Assembly: GCA_951406725.2 (NCBI GenBank)
Contig: OX597814.1
Coordinates: forward strand, 77,500,001 to 77,564,000
Reading direction: 5' to 3'
From: Octopus vulgaris
Lineage: Eukaryota
DNA: 64,000 nucleotides
The notes under the pieces: model-generated
Database searches by the model: none
What the model was told of the DNA's origin: nothing
What the model saw: only the letters and a program-made list of their open reading frames with translations
Position numbers and translations under genes: made by a program
Shown here: piece after piece, positions 25,942 through 39,697 of the stretch
Numbering within the stretch: the first letter of the stretch is position 1
Layout of the letters: every line of letters starts with the position of its first letter

Positions 25942-26542
25942 ATGGAAAGAGGACTGTGAAAAAGAAGAACTAAAATCTCTCCAACGCTGGGAGAAAAGCG
26001 CCACTTGGTTCTCAGACTATGAAGCCATCTTTCAAACAGAGCACACCTCCAACAACCCTTTCCAGAAAATAAGAAAACCAAAACAACACCCAAACACCGA
26101 TACACACCTATCTAAAAATCAGAACCTTCACTACTATCAAAAAAAGAATACAGGTCCTAACCCTAACTCTGTAAGCAGCCAACGATACAATATCAGGAAT
26201 ACCCCCACTTCAAGCAGAGAAAGGATAAATCAACACCATAGACACTGCAACCGTATCCCCACCCAAAAGAGTTACCAACGAAATCTTCGTCCCATCAACC
26301 GGTTAAACAACCATGCACAACAAACCCACACCACTTGCAATGATTACCAACGAAGGCCTCCTAGAACACCACACCCGAATATGGGATATCGGGATGCTCT
26401 CCTCAATACTGCTCCAAGAACACACACCATAAATCACAACAGGAGACCCCACATTTACAAAGAACAACTATATAATAGCTACCGTCCCAACCACCGCATT
26501 CATTTTTTAGACCCAATACGCAAACACAGAGAAACAAGATAG
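25942..26542 (+). CDS. Upstream PLE ORF (5'-truncated, basic, N/Q/R/H-rich) ending ...RIHFLDPIRKHRETR*
   Basis: Open for 200 codons from the inversion junction; overlaps the RT frame in -1. Confidence 0.55.
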
Positions 26543-28752
26543 CACCAAACAAGCAGGAGGAACCAAAAGTAATAAAAATTATCAATCTAACTCACAAGGA
26601 ACTAACAGCAAACCAAATAAACATACTTTCCAAAGGACTCAAGTTTACACCCACCCCACAACACCCCAACTACAATGAAATGAAAGAAGACATCGCAGAA
26701 TTCTGCAGAAAATTAAGACTTACTGAGGAGCTACACGATAAATACAACGAGGACGAATCGTTAGTCAGAAATAGGAGCAACTACACCCCCTCGATAGGTA
26801 AGAACAAAACACTTGATGATTTCTGTGACCACATATCAAATTACCCATATCAACATATGCACAAACAAAAACACAAACCAAACTTCAGCAAAAAAGAATG
26901 GGCTGAGTTGAACAAATTAAAACAAGATAAAACAATAACAATCAAAGAGGCCGATAAAGGGAGTGCTGTTGTCTTAATGGATACGACATTTTACATAACT
27001 TTGGTACTTTCTATGCTGGAAGACACAACATACTATGAAAAGGCACAAAACTACAGTCAACAAAAAATAATGAGGGAACTAAAATCCATGTTAAACCCAT
27101 ACAAAGCAGGGCTCACCGACAAAGAATACGATTATATGACCAATTTCACAAGTAAAACCAGCCAATTCTACGGTATACCTAAGATCCACAAAAGTGAGAA
27201 AATAAGCAACGCATGCAAGATAGCTACAGACAAAATAATTAAAGTCCCTAATCCCAATGACCTCAAATTGAGACCCATAATAGCAGGTCCCGCATGCGAA
27301 ACCCACTGCCTCAGTAACTTTTTAGACACCTTGTTAAAACCACTCCTCAAACATGTCAAAAGCTATATAAGGGACGACTTAGATATGCTCAATCACCTAC
27401 CGAATACTATAAACAAAAACACCATACTGGTATCCTTCTATGTAGTCAACCTCTACTCCAATATCCCCCACAACCTAGGACTAGAGGCAATCCAATTCTG
27501 GCTAGAGAATTACGCCAACGAACTACCACACCGCATCAAAAAAGAATTTGTGATAGAAGGGGTTAAATTCATCCTGGAAAATAACTTCTTCGCCTTCAAT
27601 GACAACTTCTACCGACAAAAATCGGGGACTGCGATGGGTACACGAATGGCCCCCTCCTTTGCCAACCTAGTCATAGGATATCTAGAGATCAGTCTGTATC
27701 GTAAGGTTCTAGAAAGATATGGCAGCCCTTTCTCCATCTACATAGAAAACAACTGGAAGAGATATCTAGATGACTGTTTCATCCTTTGGCATAAAAATAT
27801 AGAAAAACTCATAGAATTCCAGGAAATTTTAAACGGACTGGACGTAAACATCAAATTCACGATGGAATATAGCCAGCAACAACTCCCCTTCCTCGATATC
27901 CTCATTAAGAAAGCTAATAATATAATAGAAACAGACATATATTATAAGCCTACAGACTCTAAGCAATATCTTCCATTCAATTCATGCCACCCCAGACACA
28001 CCAGGATGAATATCCCCTTCAATCTAGCAAAAAGGATATGCACTATAGTCTCTAACGCAAACACCAGAGACACACGACTACAAGAACTAAAAGATACCCT
28101 TATCACCAGGAACTATCCACCTTCACTTATTGACAAGTGCATTCAACGTGCCCTTCAACTTAACATCAAGGAACTGAGACATCCCAAATCAAAGAAAAAC
28201 TTACAACCAAAAGCCTTACCATACATCTCCACACACAACCCTCTCAATAACGAAGCCTTCGGCACCATCCTCCACTACATACCCCTCCTAAAAAAAGACC
28301 ACAGAATGAACACAATCCTCCAAACACACACGATCATAAAAAGCAATAGACAGCCTAAATCCATGAAAAGTCTCCTAACACAAGCCCGAATTCACTCTTC
28401 AACACAGAAGCCGACAGTAAAAAAATGTGGAAGACCCAATTGCGGGATATGCGACTATCTAATTGAGGGATCAGAGTTCTCCTTCAAACAGGGACAACGG
28501 TTTACAGTGAAAAGCAACTTCACATGTGCTTCAGAGAACCTAATATACTCACTAACCTGCTCCGGGTGTCAAGAGCAAACAAAAAATAGTTTGCGTAAAC
28601 GAATGGCCCTGCACAGATCCCAGATAAAAATTCCCCAAAACAGAAATATAGCTTTTAGCCAACACATAGATACTTGCGCCAACAGAAAAACACCAAGCTT
28701 CAGGATTTTCCCCCTCTACCAATTTAGGGACGATACAACCTCGAGACAATGA
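26479..28752 (+). pseudogene. PLE reverse transcriptase plus GIY-YIG ORF, long but catalytically damaged
   Basis: IINLTHKELT...LSKGLKFTPTP, ADKG, YGIPKIHK, LRPII, GTAMG, RYLDDCF, KCGRPNCGIC; motif-A Asp reads Tyr (SFYVVNLY), YIG is missing, premature TGA. Confidence 0.9.
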
Positions 28753-29443
28753 ATAAGTAAAGAAACTCTCTTTATTACAAAATACAGGCCACTTCTTAAC
28801 AGGTCAACGACAAACAATTAATATACCTCAACTTTAGAATAAAAGAAATATACACACACAAATATTACATTCCAAAGAATCCATTACTAAATCCATAACA
28901 TGCCAACTTCAAGTCATACAACACCTCACTACTTTCACCCATTCATATTCTCCCTTCTCTGTTTTTTTCTTCTTCTTCCTCTTCTTCTTCATCATCATCA
29001 TTATCATCATCATCGTCGTCATCATCATCATCACCACCATCATCATCATCATCATCATCATCTTCTCCTTCTCCTTCTTATTCTTCTTCTTCTACTTCTC
29101 CACCTTCTACCTCTTAACTTTGTCACTAATGCTTTTTAGTATAACACCTATGCAAATTCCATAAACAAGCCTTTCAATAGAAATATTCTCCTGAATTGAA
29201 CTGCTAGCCGCCACTGACCATTCAAAATACGACCATCAGGGCACTCCCAGATTTTCCCACCCCCTCTCCTCATCAGCCTTCTTCTTCTTCTACCCTATCA
29301 AGAATTCACAACGACCTCCAACACACAAGTGCAAACAAGGGAGTCAGAGAAAGGCAGAATGCCACTTATATCTGAACACTACTATAGAAATATTCCTTTA
29401 AAAAAACTTTTCTTCTAATTTTTCTAAATTTAATTATTTAATA

Positions 29444-29489
29444 GTTACAGTTGAAAAGGTCTCAAAATGACCGAAACCGGTACTGAAAT
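29444..29489 (+). ncRNA. Minimal type I HHR, U3-A8 variant, in the PLE pseudo-LTR
   Basis: GTTACAG-TTGAAAA-GGTC tcaaaat GACC-GAAA-CCGG-TA-CTGAAAT; palindromic ACCGGT helix III. Confidence 0.75.
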
Positions 29490-29533
29490 GTTCACTATAA
29501 AATTATTTTAGCATTTTCTATTTTGACTTGTTT

Positions 29534-29570
<37 letters not shown>

Positions 29571-29835
29571 TATAAATATATATATTTATAAATAAGGATA
29601 ATATCGATATTTAAATATCGGTATTATCAAGTGGCCAGCATGGTAATAAATACCATACAAAGGTAATAATTTTTTACAACTAAAAATATATATATATACG
29701 TTTAAATATTTGTTGTGCAAGATTTTTTATATATATATATATGTATGTGTCTGTGTATGTGTGTGTGTGTATGTATGTATGTATGTATGTATGTATATGT
29801 GTGTGTGTGTATATGCATGTATATATATATATATA

Positions 29836-31535
29836 TCATCATCATCGTTTAACGTCCGTTTTCCATGCTAGCATGGGTTGGAAGGTTCAACTGGGGTCTG
29901 GGAAGCCAGAAGGCTGTGCCAGGCCCAGTCTGATCTGGTAGTGTTTCTGCAGCTGGATGCCCTTCCTAACGTCAACCACCCCGTGAGTCTAGTGGGTGCT
30001 TTTTACGTGCCACCTGCACAGGTGCCAGACGAGGCTGGCAAACGGCCACAATTGGACTTTCCTTTTTACGTGCCACCGGCACGGGGCCAGACGAAGCTGG
30101 CAACAGCCATAATCGGATGGTGCTTTTTACGTGCCACCGGCACGGAGGCCAGTCAGGGCGGCACTGGCAACGGCCACATTTGGATGGTTCTCTTACGTGC
30201 CACCGGCACTGGTATCACAGCTACAATTTCCATTGATGTTGATCGATTTTGATTTTGATTTTCACTTGTCTCAACAGGTCTTCACAAGTAGGGTTTGTGT
30301 CACAAGAAGGAAAGGTATGCATAAGTGGACTGGCTACATCCCAGGTAGAGGCCACAGGTTATGGTCTCACTTGTCCTGCCGGGTCTTCTCACGCACAGCA
30401 TACTTCCAGAGGTCTCGGTCTCTGGTCATTAACTTGGTGAGACCTAAAGTTCAAAGGTCGTGCTTCACCACCTCGTCCCAGGTTTTCCTGGGTCTACCTC
30501 TTCCACAGGTTCCCTCAACCGCTAGGGTGTGGCACTTTTGCACACAACTATCTTCATCCATTCTCGCTACATGACCATACCAGTGCAAACGTCTCTCTTG
30601 CACACCACAACTGATGTTTCTAAGGTCCAACTTTTCTCTCAAGGTACTTACACTCTGTTGAGTATGAACACTGAAATTACACATCCATCGGAGCATACTG
30701 GTTTCATTTCTTGCAAGCTTACGCATATCCTCAGCAGTCACGGCCCATGTTTCACTGCATGTAGCATGGCTGTTCATACACATGCGTCATACAATCTGCC
30801 TTTTATTCTGAGCGAGAGGCCTTTTGTCACCAGCAGAGGTAAGAGCTCTCTGAACTTTGCCCAGGCTATTCTTACTCTAGCAGTTACACTTTCAGCACAC
30901 CCGCCCCCGCTACTGACTTGGTCACCTAGGTAATGGAAGCTATCAATTACTTCTAGTTTTTCTCAGGGGCATCCTGTCTTGAATTCCTCCGTTATTGCCT
31001 GGAGGACTATGATAAATAGGAGGGACTGAGTACTGAACCTTGGTGGACCCCTACCTCTACCCTGAATTCTTTAGTGTACTCATTGCCAACCCTCACCTTA
31101 CTTACAGCGTCTCTGTACATGGCTTGCACAGCTCTCACTAACCATTCATTTATCCCTAGTTTCCTCATTGACCACCAGATAAGGGATTGGGGGACCCTGT
31201 CAAAGGCTTTCTCCATGTCAACGAAAGCCAGATACAGGGGCTTATCTTTGGCAAGGTATTTCTCCTGCAGTTGTCTTACCAAAAAATTTAGCATCAGTGG
31301 TGCTTTTCCCTGGCACGAAACCAAACTGCATCTCATCCAAGCTGACTCTCTCCCTAGTCAGTTGGGCTATGACCTTTTCCATAACCTTCATTACCTGATC
31401 CAACAGCTTGATACCTCTGTAATTATTTGTATCTAAAGCGTCACCTTTACCTGTGTAGCAGTTGACTATTATGCTGCTACACCAGTCATTGGGTATGACT
31501 CCTTCCTGTATCACCTGGTTAACTATACGGGTGTG
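29836..31535 (-). mobile_element. RTE LINE, RT to 3' end, with an internal deletion near 30965
   Basis: NYRGIKLL, MQFGFVPG, FVDMEKAFDRVP, GVHQGSVLSP, HWYGHVARM motifs. Confidence 0.9.
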
Positions 31536-31581
<46 letters not shown>

Positions 31582-31772
31582 AAATATGGGAGTTTAGTTC
31601 ACAGGTGATCTACATGTCTAGGTATGCTAGGTAAGTGCTGTAACGGATTACTAGGGCTCCAAGGTTATAGCTGAGATGGTAGTTATGGAGCCATTGCAGA
31701 TTTTCGATATAGTGGATAACAAACCTTAAGGCAAAGTAAATTATGTATGTATGTATGTATGTATGTATGTAT

Positions 31773-31837
<65 letters not shown>

Positions 31838-31840
<3 letters not shown>

Positions 31841-32300
31841 AGAGTTTACGAAAAAAATAAAAGACGAAGACAGGTGCTGTACAAAACAAACAGATGTATT
31901 AGTATAACACTCAGGAATAGAAAAGGCCTTTTATGTTTTGAGCCTATGCTCTTCTACTGAAAGTGACACAGAAAAAACAAGGAGAGAAAAAAATGTGCGT
32001 AGTGGCCAATGATCTATCATGGCGACTGACTTTGGACAGAAGGGTCACACACGAGAGGTAAGAAGTAGGGGAGATAACAAGGTAAAGATGACTCCCAACA
32101 CGAAGGTGTGTGTGTGTGTGTATAAGAGAGTATGTATGTGCGTGTGAAAGAGGGCTGGTTGTCTGGATGTGTGCGTGTATGTATGTGTAGGTGTGAAAAT
32201 GTGGGGATGGGTGTGTGGGTGGTGTGTTGTGATGTGATGTGTAATGTTGTATGGTGTAGTGTGGTGTGATGTTGTTGGGAGGTGGAGAGGCGAGAGTGGA
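31838..32300 (-). mobile_element. PLE pseudo-LTR-like fragment with a decayed HHR relic (31928-31963)
   Basis: CTTT-CAGTAGA-A-GAGC atag GCTC-AAAA-CA-TA-AAAG; same layout as the 6430 motif, consistent with CpG decay of CGAAACG. Confidence 0.4.
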
Positions 32301-33489
32301 TATATATATATATATGCATGTATGTATACACACACACACCATTTGATAAGCTAGCCACTCTAGTATTTGTCTTGAGATAACATCTATTATGGGTATACTG
32401 TGTTAAAAACAGAACAGGAAGTGAGAATACCAGATGTATTTCAATCATTTTACACCTTTACTCCTCTAGCTACATGTCTAGATGAGAATGCATTGCTGTC
32501 AATAGAGGAAACAAAGAATAAAACACTCACTGATGTCGCAAATAGCTATCACACTAACTAAATATCTGGTATACACAACTGAGGCAGTATTAAATTAAAA
32601 TAGCTATCTATGCATCATAATGTATATACACTATTGATAGGCCAGTTACAGCAGTATTTGTCCTGATATAACATCATTACAGCTGTTCTGTGTTAAGAAC
32701 ACAATACTAAAGGGAGATGAAAAATCACCCCAGCAGCAGTTCTGCCTCTTTGGACCTTTTCAATTATGTATACTTACAGCCAGCAAGTGGTTGATATTAT
32801 AAAAGGGTGTCTGAAATTGTTGACTCTCACTTTATTAGCTGCATCATCCTATATAACTTGTACAGCCTTCATGAGCCCTTTCTCTACACCTAGTTTCCTC
32901 AGTGGTCATCAAATTACTAAGTGTGCCAAGAATAGCAGTTTATTTTTAGCAAAGTATTTCTCCTGAAATTGCATCACTAGGAAGATCACAGTTACGTTGC
33001 TTCTTCCAAGCACAGAGCCATATATGCTGACAATGGTTACATGATGCCAGGCCAAAGCAACAGTAGCACACATGGACACACATACATATATACTATCCAG
33101 TCCACACTGCAAAGTTGTTGGTATTAGCGAAGGGCATCTAGCCATAGAAACAAAGTCAAGGCTGACACATGATGCAGCCCTGCAGCTCAACAGATCCTTT
33201 GAAAATGTCAAACCCATGCTAGCATAGAAAAGAGATGTTTGAAAATGATGATGATGATGATGATGATGATGACAGGATTCTTTCAGTTTGTGTACATCAA
33301 ATCTACTCGCAAGGCTTTAGTCAGCTTCGGGTTATAGTAGAAGACATTTGCCCAGGGTGTCATATAGTGGGGCTGAACCCAGAGTCATGTGGTTGGAAAG
33401 CAAACTTCTTGTCATACAACCATACCTACACAAATGTGTGTGTGTGTATGTACTTTTATGAATGCTTAAGTGTGTGTGTGTGTGTATAT

Positions 33490-33545
<56 letters not shown>

Positions 33546-33597
33546 AGTTGAAAATGCACAGGAATTTGTTTAGATTTTCTATTTAAAAATTTTTAAA

Positions 33598-33638
33598 GAC
33601 TTGACTGGTTTCACAGATTTCTTTGATTCTCAATAGTT
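33598..33638 (-). ncRNA. Degenerate HHR relic, U3-A8 core (TTGAGAA)
   Basis: ACTA-TTGAGAA-tca...tgt-GAAA-CCAG-TC-AAGT; helices imperfect. Confidence 0.3.
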
Positions 33639-33730
33639 AAGACAGAAGGATATGGAGCTATGCCACAACTGGTCTGTAAGTGTATATATGTTCACGTGTA
33701 CTCAAATATGCATGTGCATTTGTGTGTGTG

Positions 33731-33767
<37 letters not shown>

Positions 33768-33792
33768 TTATATATACATATATATATATATA

Positions 33793-34080
33793 TGGTGGTT
33801 CTATTGAGGAGAGTAATGAGTTTCTCACTGCAAAGCCAACACCATGCTGACAAGGTTCTTCAGGATCGCTTCCCTGCCAAAAGAAGGTGAAATCCTGTTC
33901 TTTGAGTTTGCCGTTTGAGGGAAGTCTTGTCTCCTGTAGCCCAGCAATGTCTATGTTAAGCCTCTTTGGTTCACTGTCAATGATGGCCGTTTTTCTTGTG
34001 TCTTCAACCCTGAGTAGATCATCAGATATTCCAGGGCACATGGTCCTTACACAGCCACAGCAGGAAATGTATTAGGACAT
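33793..34080 (-). mobile_element. RTE (BovB-like) AP-endonuclease N-terminal fragment
   Basis: RTMCPG...KTAIIDSE...NIDIAGLQETRL...FTFFWQG...HGVGFAV. Confidence 0.75.
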
Positions 34081-34152
34081 GAAATGTAAAAGCCGGACTA
34101 GATTATTTTATGCGCAACTCCATTGTCTCCTGAGACAAAAAGGATGCCAACA

Positions 34153-34274
<122 letters not shown>

Positions 34275-34288
34275 TTTATAGAAGGAGC

Positions 34289-34333
34289 TTCTACAGGACT
34301 AGTACTGTTTCATTCAAATGAAATCATCAGGAA
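34289..34333 (-). ncRNA. Type I HHR-like motif with canonical core
   Basis: TTC-CTGATGA-tttc attt gaat-GAAA-CAG tactagtc CTG-TA-GAA; 4-bp near-palindromic helix III, 3-bp helix I, U.U at 10.1/11.1. Confidence 0.5.
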
Positions 34334-34400
34334 TTTAATTTATTCTGCAATGTATTGAGTACCTTATTTACTGTGGTTAACCCCGACTCAACCCGGGACC

Positions 34401-34460
<60 letters not shown>

Positions 34461-35779
34461 AGCATGCATATATTCATATAGAATTAATGCATACTTATGT
34501 ATATCTGTTAACATTTACTAGGCTGATTCCCCAGAATGCCCATAATATTTTTGATACTAAAATATGGATACTTGTTAACTCATTCACCACTTCCATCCTA
34601 CTATTCTATTGATTAATGTTTTGCATCTGTTATACACATTTGTATTTGTGTGTGTGTGTGGTAGTATGTTCATCTTGATGGTATTTACATAGATGTTCCC
34701 ATACACACATCCATATTCATACAATAATATATGTATATATGAATCTTTTTCCCTAATCTGAATGTTTGCTTCTGTTAGTATACACGTACATGTATATCTT
34801 TGTGTTAGTATGTTTTAAGCATGTGTGTGTGTGTGTGTGTGTGTATCAGTGACTTCTATGGTTAGTCATGCAATAAATACTTGGTACACATGGTGGAGAT
34901 GTACCCACCACCTTTAAAAAATTTTTTTTCAGAAACCCACGTTTTCGGCTATGGAGATTCTGATTATGAAAAAAAAAAATTGGTAAAGATCACAACTTCA
35001 AAATTGAGGTATACTGTGACAAAATTGTAAAAAAGAGTTTGTTGGAGATTTCATTTATTTCTGCACTCATATTTTTTGTAACTTTCAAGTTTCATTTTGT
35101 AGAAAAACACTTTCAGTTGTAAAAAAAACAAAAAAACAATGAACATTTACATTTCAGTTTGTCACAGCATACCTCATTTTACTGCAATCTATTCCAACAA
35201 AACGGAAAGACAATTTTAGTAAATCAACGAAAGATTAATTAGTTATATTATATTTCGGATTTCAGAATTTTTTTGTTCAATACAGAGAGGATGATTAATG
35301 ATAATTCTTTCAAAACTTACGACAGAGCAAAAGAGATATTCCAAAGTCAAGGCAACATTTGAGCTGACTAATTAAGAATTATGGGATTGTTGATATGTTT
35401 TGGTCAGAATTTTTACAGCTCAAAAAGTCAAACCCATTCCACCATTTAGCTTGTTGCATTAACGACATCAATTTCAAAGAATTGTTGACAAAGAACAACT
35501 TATAGAAAGGGAAGGGAGGCCAAAACAGGCATTTTTCTGAAAGCATGCCTTCTGTAGTTATTTAATTGAGATAAAAAAGAATCTTACAGGCACTGAAAGA
35601 TAGGAAGGGTGGGGGAACAAAAGATTTCATAAGCATTTTTCTAAAAGTATGCCTAGTGGAAGCAAAACAGAAACACAGCAAAGTATCAATCTGGACAGGT
35701 TTCCAATGATTTGGGCAACCTTTCAATGTGGTTATAAATACATTACATTCTTAAACTGATTTTTGAGTTATATAAACAT

Positions 35780-36152
35780 CAATGGACATGCAGTGCATGA
35801 CTAGCAAGTCTCAACTGCATGCCACTGATAGAGGCAATGATAGGAGACTGAGATCTTTGGAGGTATGCTGTGATTGAGAAGACCCAGCTCCTGTGCTGGT
35901 GGCATGTAAAAAGCACCATCCAAATGTGGCCAATGCCAGTACCCACTGGCTGGCTCCCGTGCTGGTGGCATGTAAAAAGCACCCACTATACTCTCAGAGT
36001 GAGTGGTGTTATGAAGAGCATCCAGCTGTAGAAACATTGCCAGATCAGATTGGAACCTGGTGCAGCTGCTGGCTCTCCAGACCTCAGTTAAACCGTCCAA
36101 TCCATGCCAGCATGGAAAACGGACGTTAAAAGATGATGATGATGATGATGAT
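35780..36152 (+). mobile_element. RTE 3' UTR fragment
   Basis: Reverse complement of the shared UTR, ending in (GAT)n. Confidence 0.75.
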
Positions 36153-36214
36153 GTTTGTGTGTGTGTGTGTAAAGATATGGTTATATTTAAAATATCTGGT
36201 GGTGTAGGCTATAG

Positions 36215-38172
36215 TCTAGTCACCCATACATGTTAACCAGGTGATACACAAAGGAGTTATACCCAATGACTGGTGTAGCAGTGCCATAGTCAACTGCTAC
36301 AAAGTTAAAAGTAATGCCTTAGATAGAAAATAATTACAGAGGCATCAAATTGTTAGATCAGGTAATGAAAGTCATGAAGAGAGTCATAGCCCAACTGATT
36401 AGGGAGAGAGTTAGTTTAGATGAGATGCAGTTTGGGTTGGAGCCAGGGAAAAGCACCACTGATGCTATATTTCTTCAGCTGCAGAAATACCTAGCTAAAG
36501 ATAAACCTCTGTGCTTGGCTATTGTTGACAAGGAAAAAGCCTTTGACAGGAACCCCCAATCCCTTATCTGGTGGTCAATGTGGAAACCAGGGATAGATGA
36601 GTGGTTGGTGAGAGCTGTACAAGACAAGTACAGGGATGCTCTCAGTAAGGTGAGGTTTGGTAACAAGTATAGCGAAGAATTTAGGGTACAAGTAGGGGTT
36701 CACCAAGGATCAGTCCTCAGCCCCCTTTTATTCATCTTAGTCTTCCAAGCAATAACAAAGAAATTCAAGATAGGCTGCCCCTGAGAGATCCTCAATGCTG
36801 ATGACCTTGCTCTAATAGCTGAGTCACTACCAGAATTAGAGAAGAAGTTTCAGGTGTGGAAGCAAGGTCTAGAATCAAAGGGCCTTAGAGTCAATCTAGT
36901 AAAAACCAAAGTCTTAATAAGTAGGAAGGCAGACAAATCACAAATCCCATTAGGTAGATGGCCCTGCTCAATCTGTAGAAAAATCAGAGGTAGAAACTCC
37001 ATAAGATATACCTGGTGTAAGTTATGGACACATAAGAGATGCAGCAATATCAAAGAAAGGTTAACTGGGAAGATAGTTTTTGTGTGTGGCAAATACACAG
37101 GGGCAATAAATACTGAAAATATGCTGAAAACAGCTTCTGTCACATGCCGGGGGAGGGGAGGAGAGGTAGTTGATAGCTTCAATTACCTAGGTGACCAAGT
37201 CAGTAACAGGGGTGGATGCTCTGAGAGCTGCTAGAATAAGAATAGGCTGGGCAAAGTTCAGAGAGCTCCTACTGTACCTGTGTGCAAACAGCCATGATAC
37301 ACAGCAGTTAAACATGGGCTGTGACTGCTGAAGACATGCGTAGGCTTATAAGAAATGAAGCTAGTATGTTCCGCTAGATGTGTAATGTCAGCATAAGCAA
37401 CTTTAGAGAAAAGTTGAACATAAAAAGCATCAGATATGGTATGCAAGAGAGATAACTGCATTGGTATGGTCATGTGAAGCATATGGGTGAGGACAGCTAT
37501 GTGAAGAAATGTCGCACTCTGATAACAGAGGGAACCTGTGGAAGAGGTAGATCCAAGAAGATATTAGGACAAGGTGGTGAAGCACGATCTTTGAATGTTG
37601 GGCCTCACAGAGGCAATGACTAGTACCTGAGACCTTTAGAGATATGCTGTGTTTGAGAAGACCCATCAAGTCAAGTGAGATCATAGTAGTGGCTGATGGC
37701 AGTGTCATGTAATTGGCCTGTTAAAAGCATACTTTAATCATTGGGTGATATGCTGTGCTTGTGAAAGCCTGTTGAACTAGTGAAATCATAGTCGTGGCTG
37801 ATGCCAGTGCCATCTGACTGGCACTGATGCCGGTGACATGTAAAAAGCACCGTTCGAGCATTGGGCTTCAATGGAGGCAGTGACAGGTGACCAAGACCTT
37901 TAGTGATATGCCATGCAGTTGTGTAGACCTGTCAAGCCATGTGAGACCATAGTTGTGGCTAATGCTGGTGTCAGGCCATTGGCACCTGTGCTGGTGGCAC
38001 ATAAAAAACGCCCACTATACTCTTGGAGTGGTTGGCATTAGGATGGGCATCTAGCTGTAGAAACCTTGCTAAATCAAATCAGAACCTGGTGCAGCCCCCA
38101 CCCCCAACTTACCAGTTTTCAGTCAAACCATCCAACCCATGCCAGCATGGAAAGCGGATGTTTGATGATGAT
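36215..38172 (+). mobile_element. Degenerate RTE LINE, RT to 3' tail
   Basis: EKAFDR, GVHQGSVLSPLLF, ADDL and WPCSIC motifs with stops; (GAT)n tail. Confidence 0.88.
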
Positions 38173-38179
38173 GGTGTAT

Positions 38180-38256
<77 letters not shown>

Positions 38257-38262
38257 GTATGT

Positions 38263-38527
38263 ATCATCATCATCATTTAGCATCCGCTTTCCATGCTAGC
38301 ATGGGTTGGACGGTTCAACTGGGGTCTGTGAAGCCAGAAGGCTGCATCAGGCCCAGTCTGATCTGGCAGTGTTTCTACGGCTGGATGCCCTTCCTAACAC
38401 CAATCACTCCGTGAGTGTAGTGGGTGCTTTTTACATGCCACCCGCACAGATGCCAGACGGAGCTGGCAAACGGCCACGGATGGATGGTGCTTTTTCCTGC
38501 CACCGGCATGGGGGCCAGGCGAGGCTG
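38263..38527 (-). mobile_element. RTE 3' UTR fragment
   Basis: Shared UTR and (CAT)n; tail-to-tail with the previous copy. Confidence 0.8.
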
Positions 38528-38538
38528 TATATATATAC

Positions 38539-38638
<100 letters not shown>

Positions 38639-38941
38639 TGGAGGCGCAATGGCCTAGTGGTTACGGCAGCGGACTCGCGGTCGTAGGATCGTGGTTTCAA
38701 TTCCCAGATGGGCGTTGTGAGTGTTTATTGAGCGAAAACACCTAAAAGCTCCACGAGGCTCCGGCAGGGGGTGGTGATCCCTGCTGTACTCTTTCACTAC
38801 TCTTTCTCTCTCTCTTTCTTCTGTTGGCCTGCTCGCTTAGCCAGCGGGGTGGCGTCATTTGAAGGCTAAAACAATGCGAACGCATTGTGACCAGCGATGT
38901 GTAAAACATCTGATGGTCTGGTCGGTCATGTGATCATGTGA
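38639..38941 (+). mobile_element. tRNA-derived SINE (second family)
   Basis: A box tggcctagtggtta and B-box-like ggtttcaattcc; tRNA-unrelated body; repeated catgtgat tail; inserted in (TA)n. Confidence 0.65.
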
Positions 38942-38957
38942 TATATATATATATACA

Positions 38958-39522
38958 CAGACATGCAGGAAGTAAATAGACATCTTTAATTTTCAAAATT
39001 TCTGATCTAAGCATCTTAATGTTTTCAGCAGTGTAGAATTTACAATGTAATTATTGTTTTTCATTCCAGGTGCCATTATATTAAACATTTGCAAAGAGTA
39101 ACCATGCCATACACAAAAAATTCAGCAGAACTGTCAGATTTTCAAAGAGGTCGTATTGTTGGGTAGTCTGAGGGTGGTCTTAGACAGCGAAAAATTGCCG
39201 TAAATCTTCAAATTCCTCTTGCTACTGTTAATAGAATTATAATGCAATTCAAAGGCCAAGGAAAAGTATCAACAGATTCTCGTCCCAGCCGACCTGGGCC
39301 CTTGGAAAAGAAGCTTCACTGTTTGAAGAGAATTGTGGAAAACGAACCCCGTTTGAAGTCTTCTGACATTGAAAAACTGCTAGAAGTTAGTCCATGAACA
39401 TGTGCTACATATCTGCATAAGCTTGAGTATTATGGACAAGCAACTAGAAGGAAACCTCTCCAGTTAACATCAAATAAAAGATTTTGAAAATTAAAGGTGT
39501 CTATTTACTTTCTGCATGTCTG
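38958..39522 (+). mobile_element. Internally deleted Tc1 element with ~42-bp TIRs
   Basis: cagacatgcagRaagtaaatagacaYctttaattttcaaaat at both ends; N-terminal HTH remnant ELSDFQRGRIVG...RQRKIA...TVNRII from 39104. Confidence 0.85.
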
Positions 39523-39697
39523 TATGTGTGTGTGTATATATATATATATGAATGTATGTATATATATGTGTTTGTATATTTATGAGCATATCTATATGTC
39601 TGTGTATGAGCAAGTATGTAAGTATGATAATATATATTTAAATATATACAGAAAGTTACATTGAGGAACAGTCATTTTTAATGAGTTGTATTTATTT

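Larger units (their letters stand above)
24471..29539 (+). mobile_element. Neptune-like Penelope element with a 1.47-kb inverted 3' duplicate on its 5' side
   Basis: 24471-25941 is the reverse complement of 28068-29539; RT plus GIY-YIG ORF; HHR in both arms; TA-rich flanks. Confidence 0.92.

Noticed and set aside
28900-29139. Poly-His/Leu 79-aa ORF present twice (also 24871-25110)
   Set aside because: (CAT)n/(CTT)n tract in the PLE 3' UTR, duplicated by the inversion.
34880-35760. Possible DNA-transposon remnant
   Set aside because: No matching TIR pair or convincing transposase motif could be identified by eye.
38639-38715. SINE heads (also 18730, 53800, 60970) as tRNA genes
   Set aside because: A and B boxes are present but there is no complete cloverleaf, and each continues into a SINE body.
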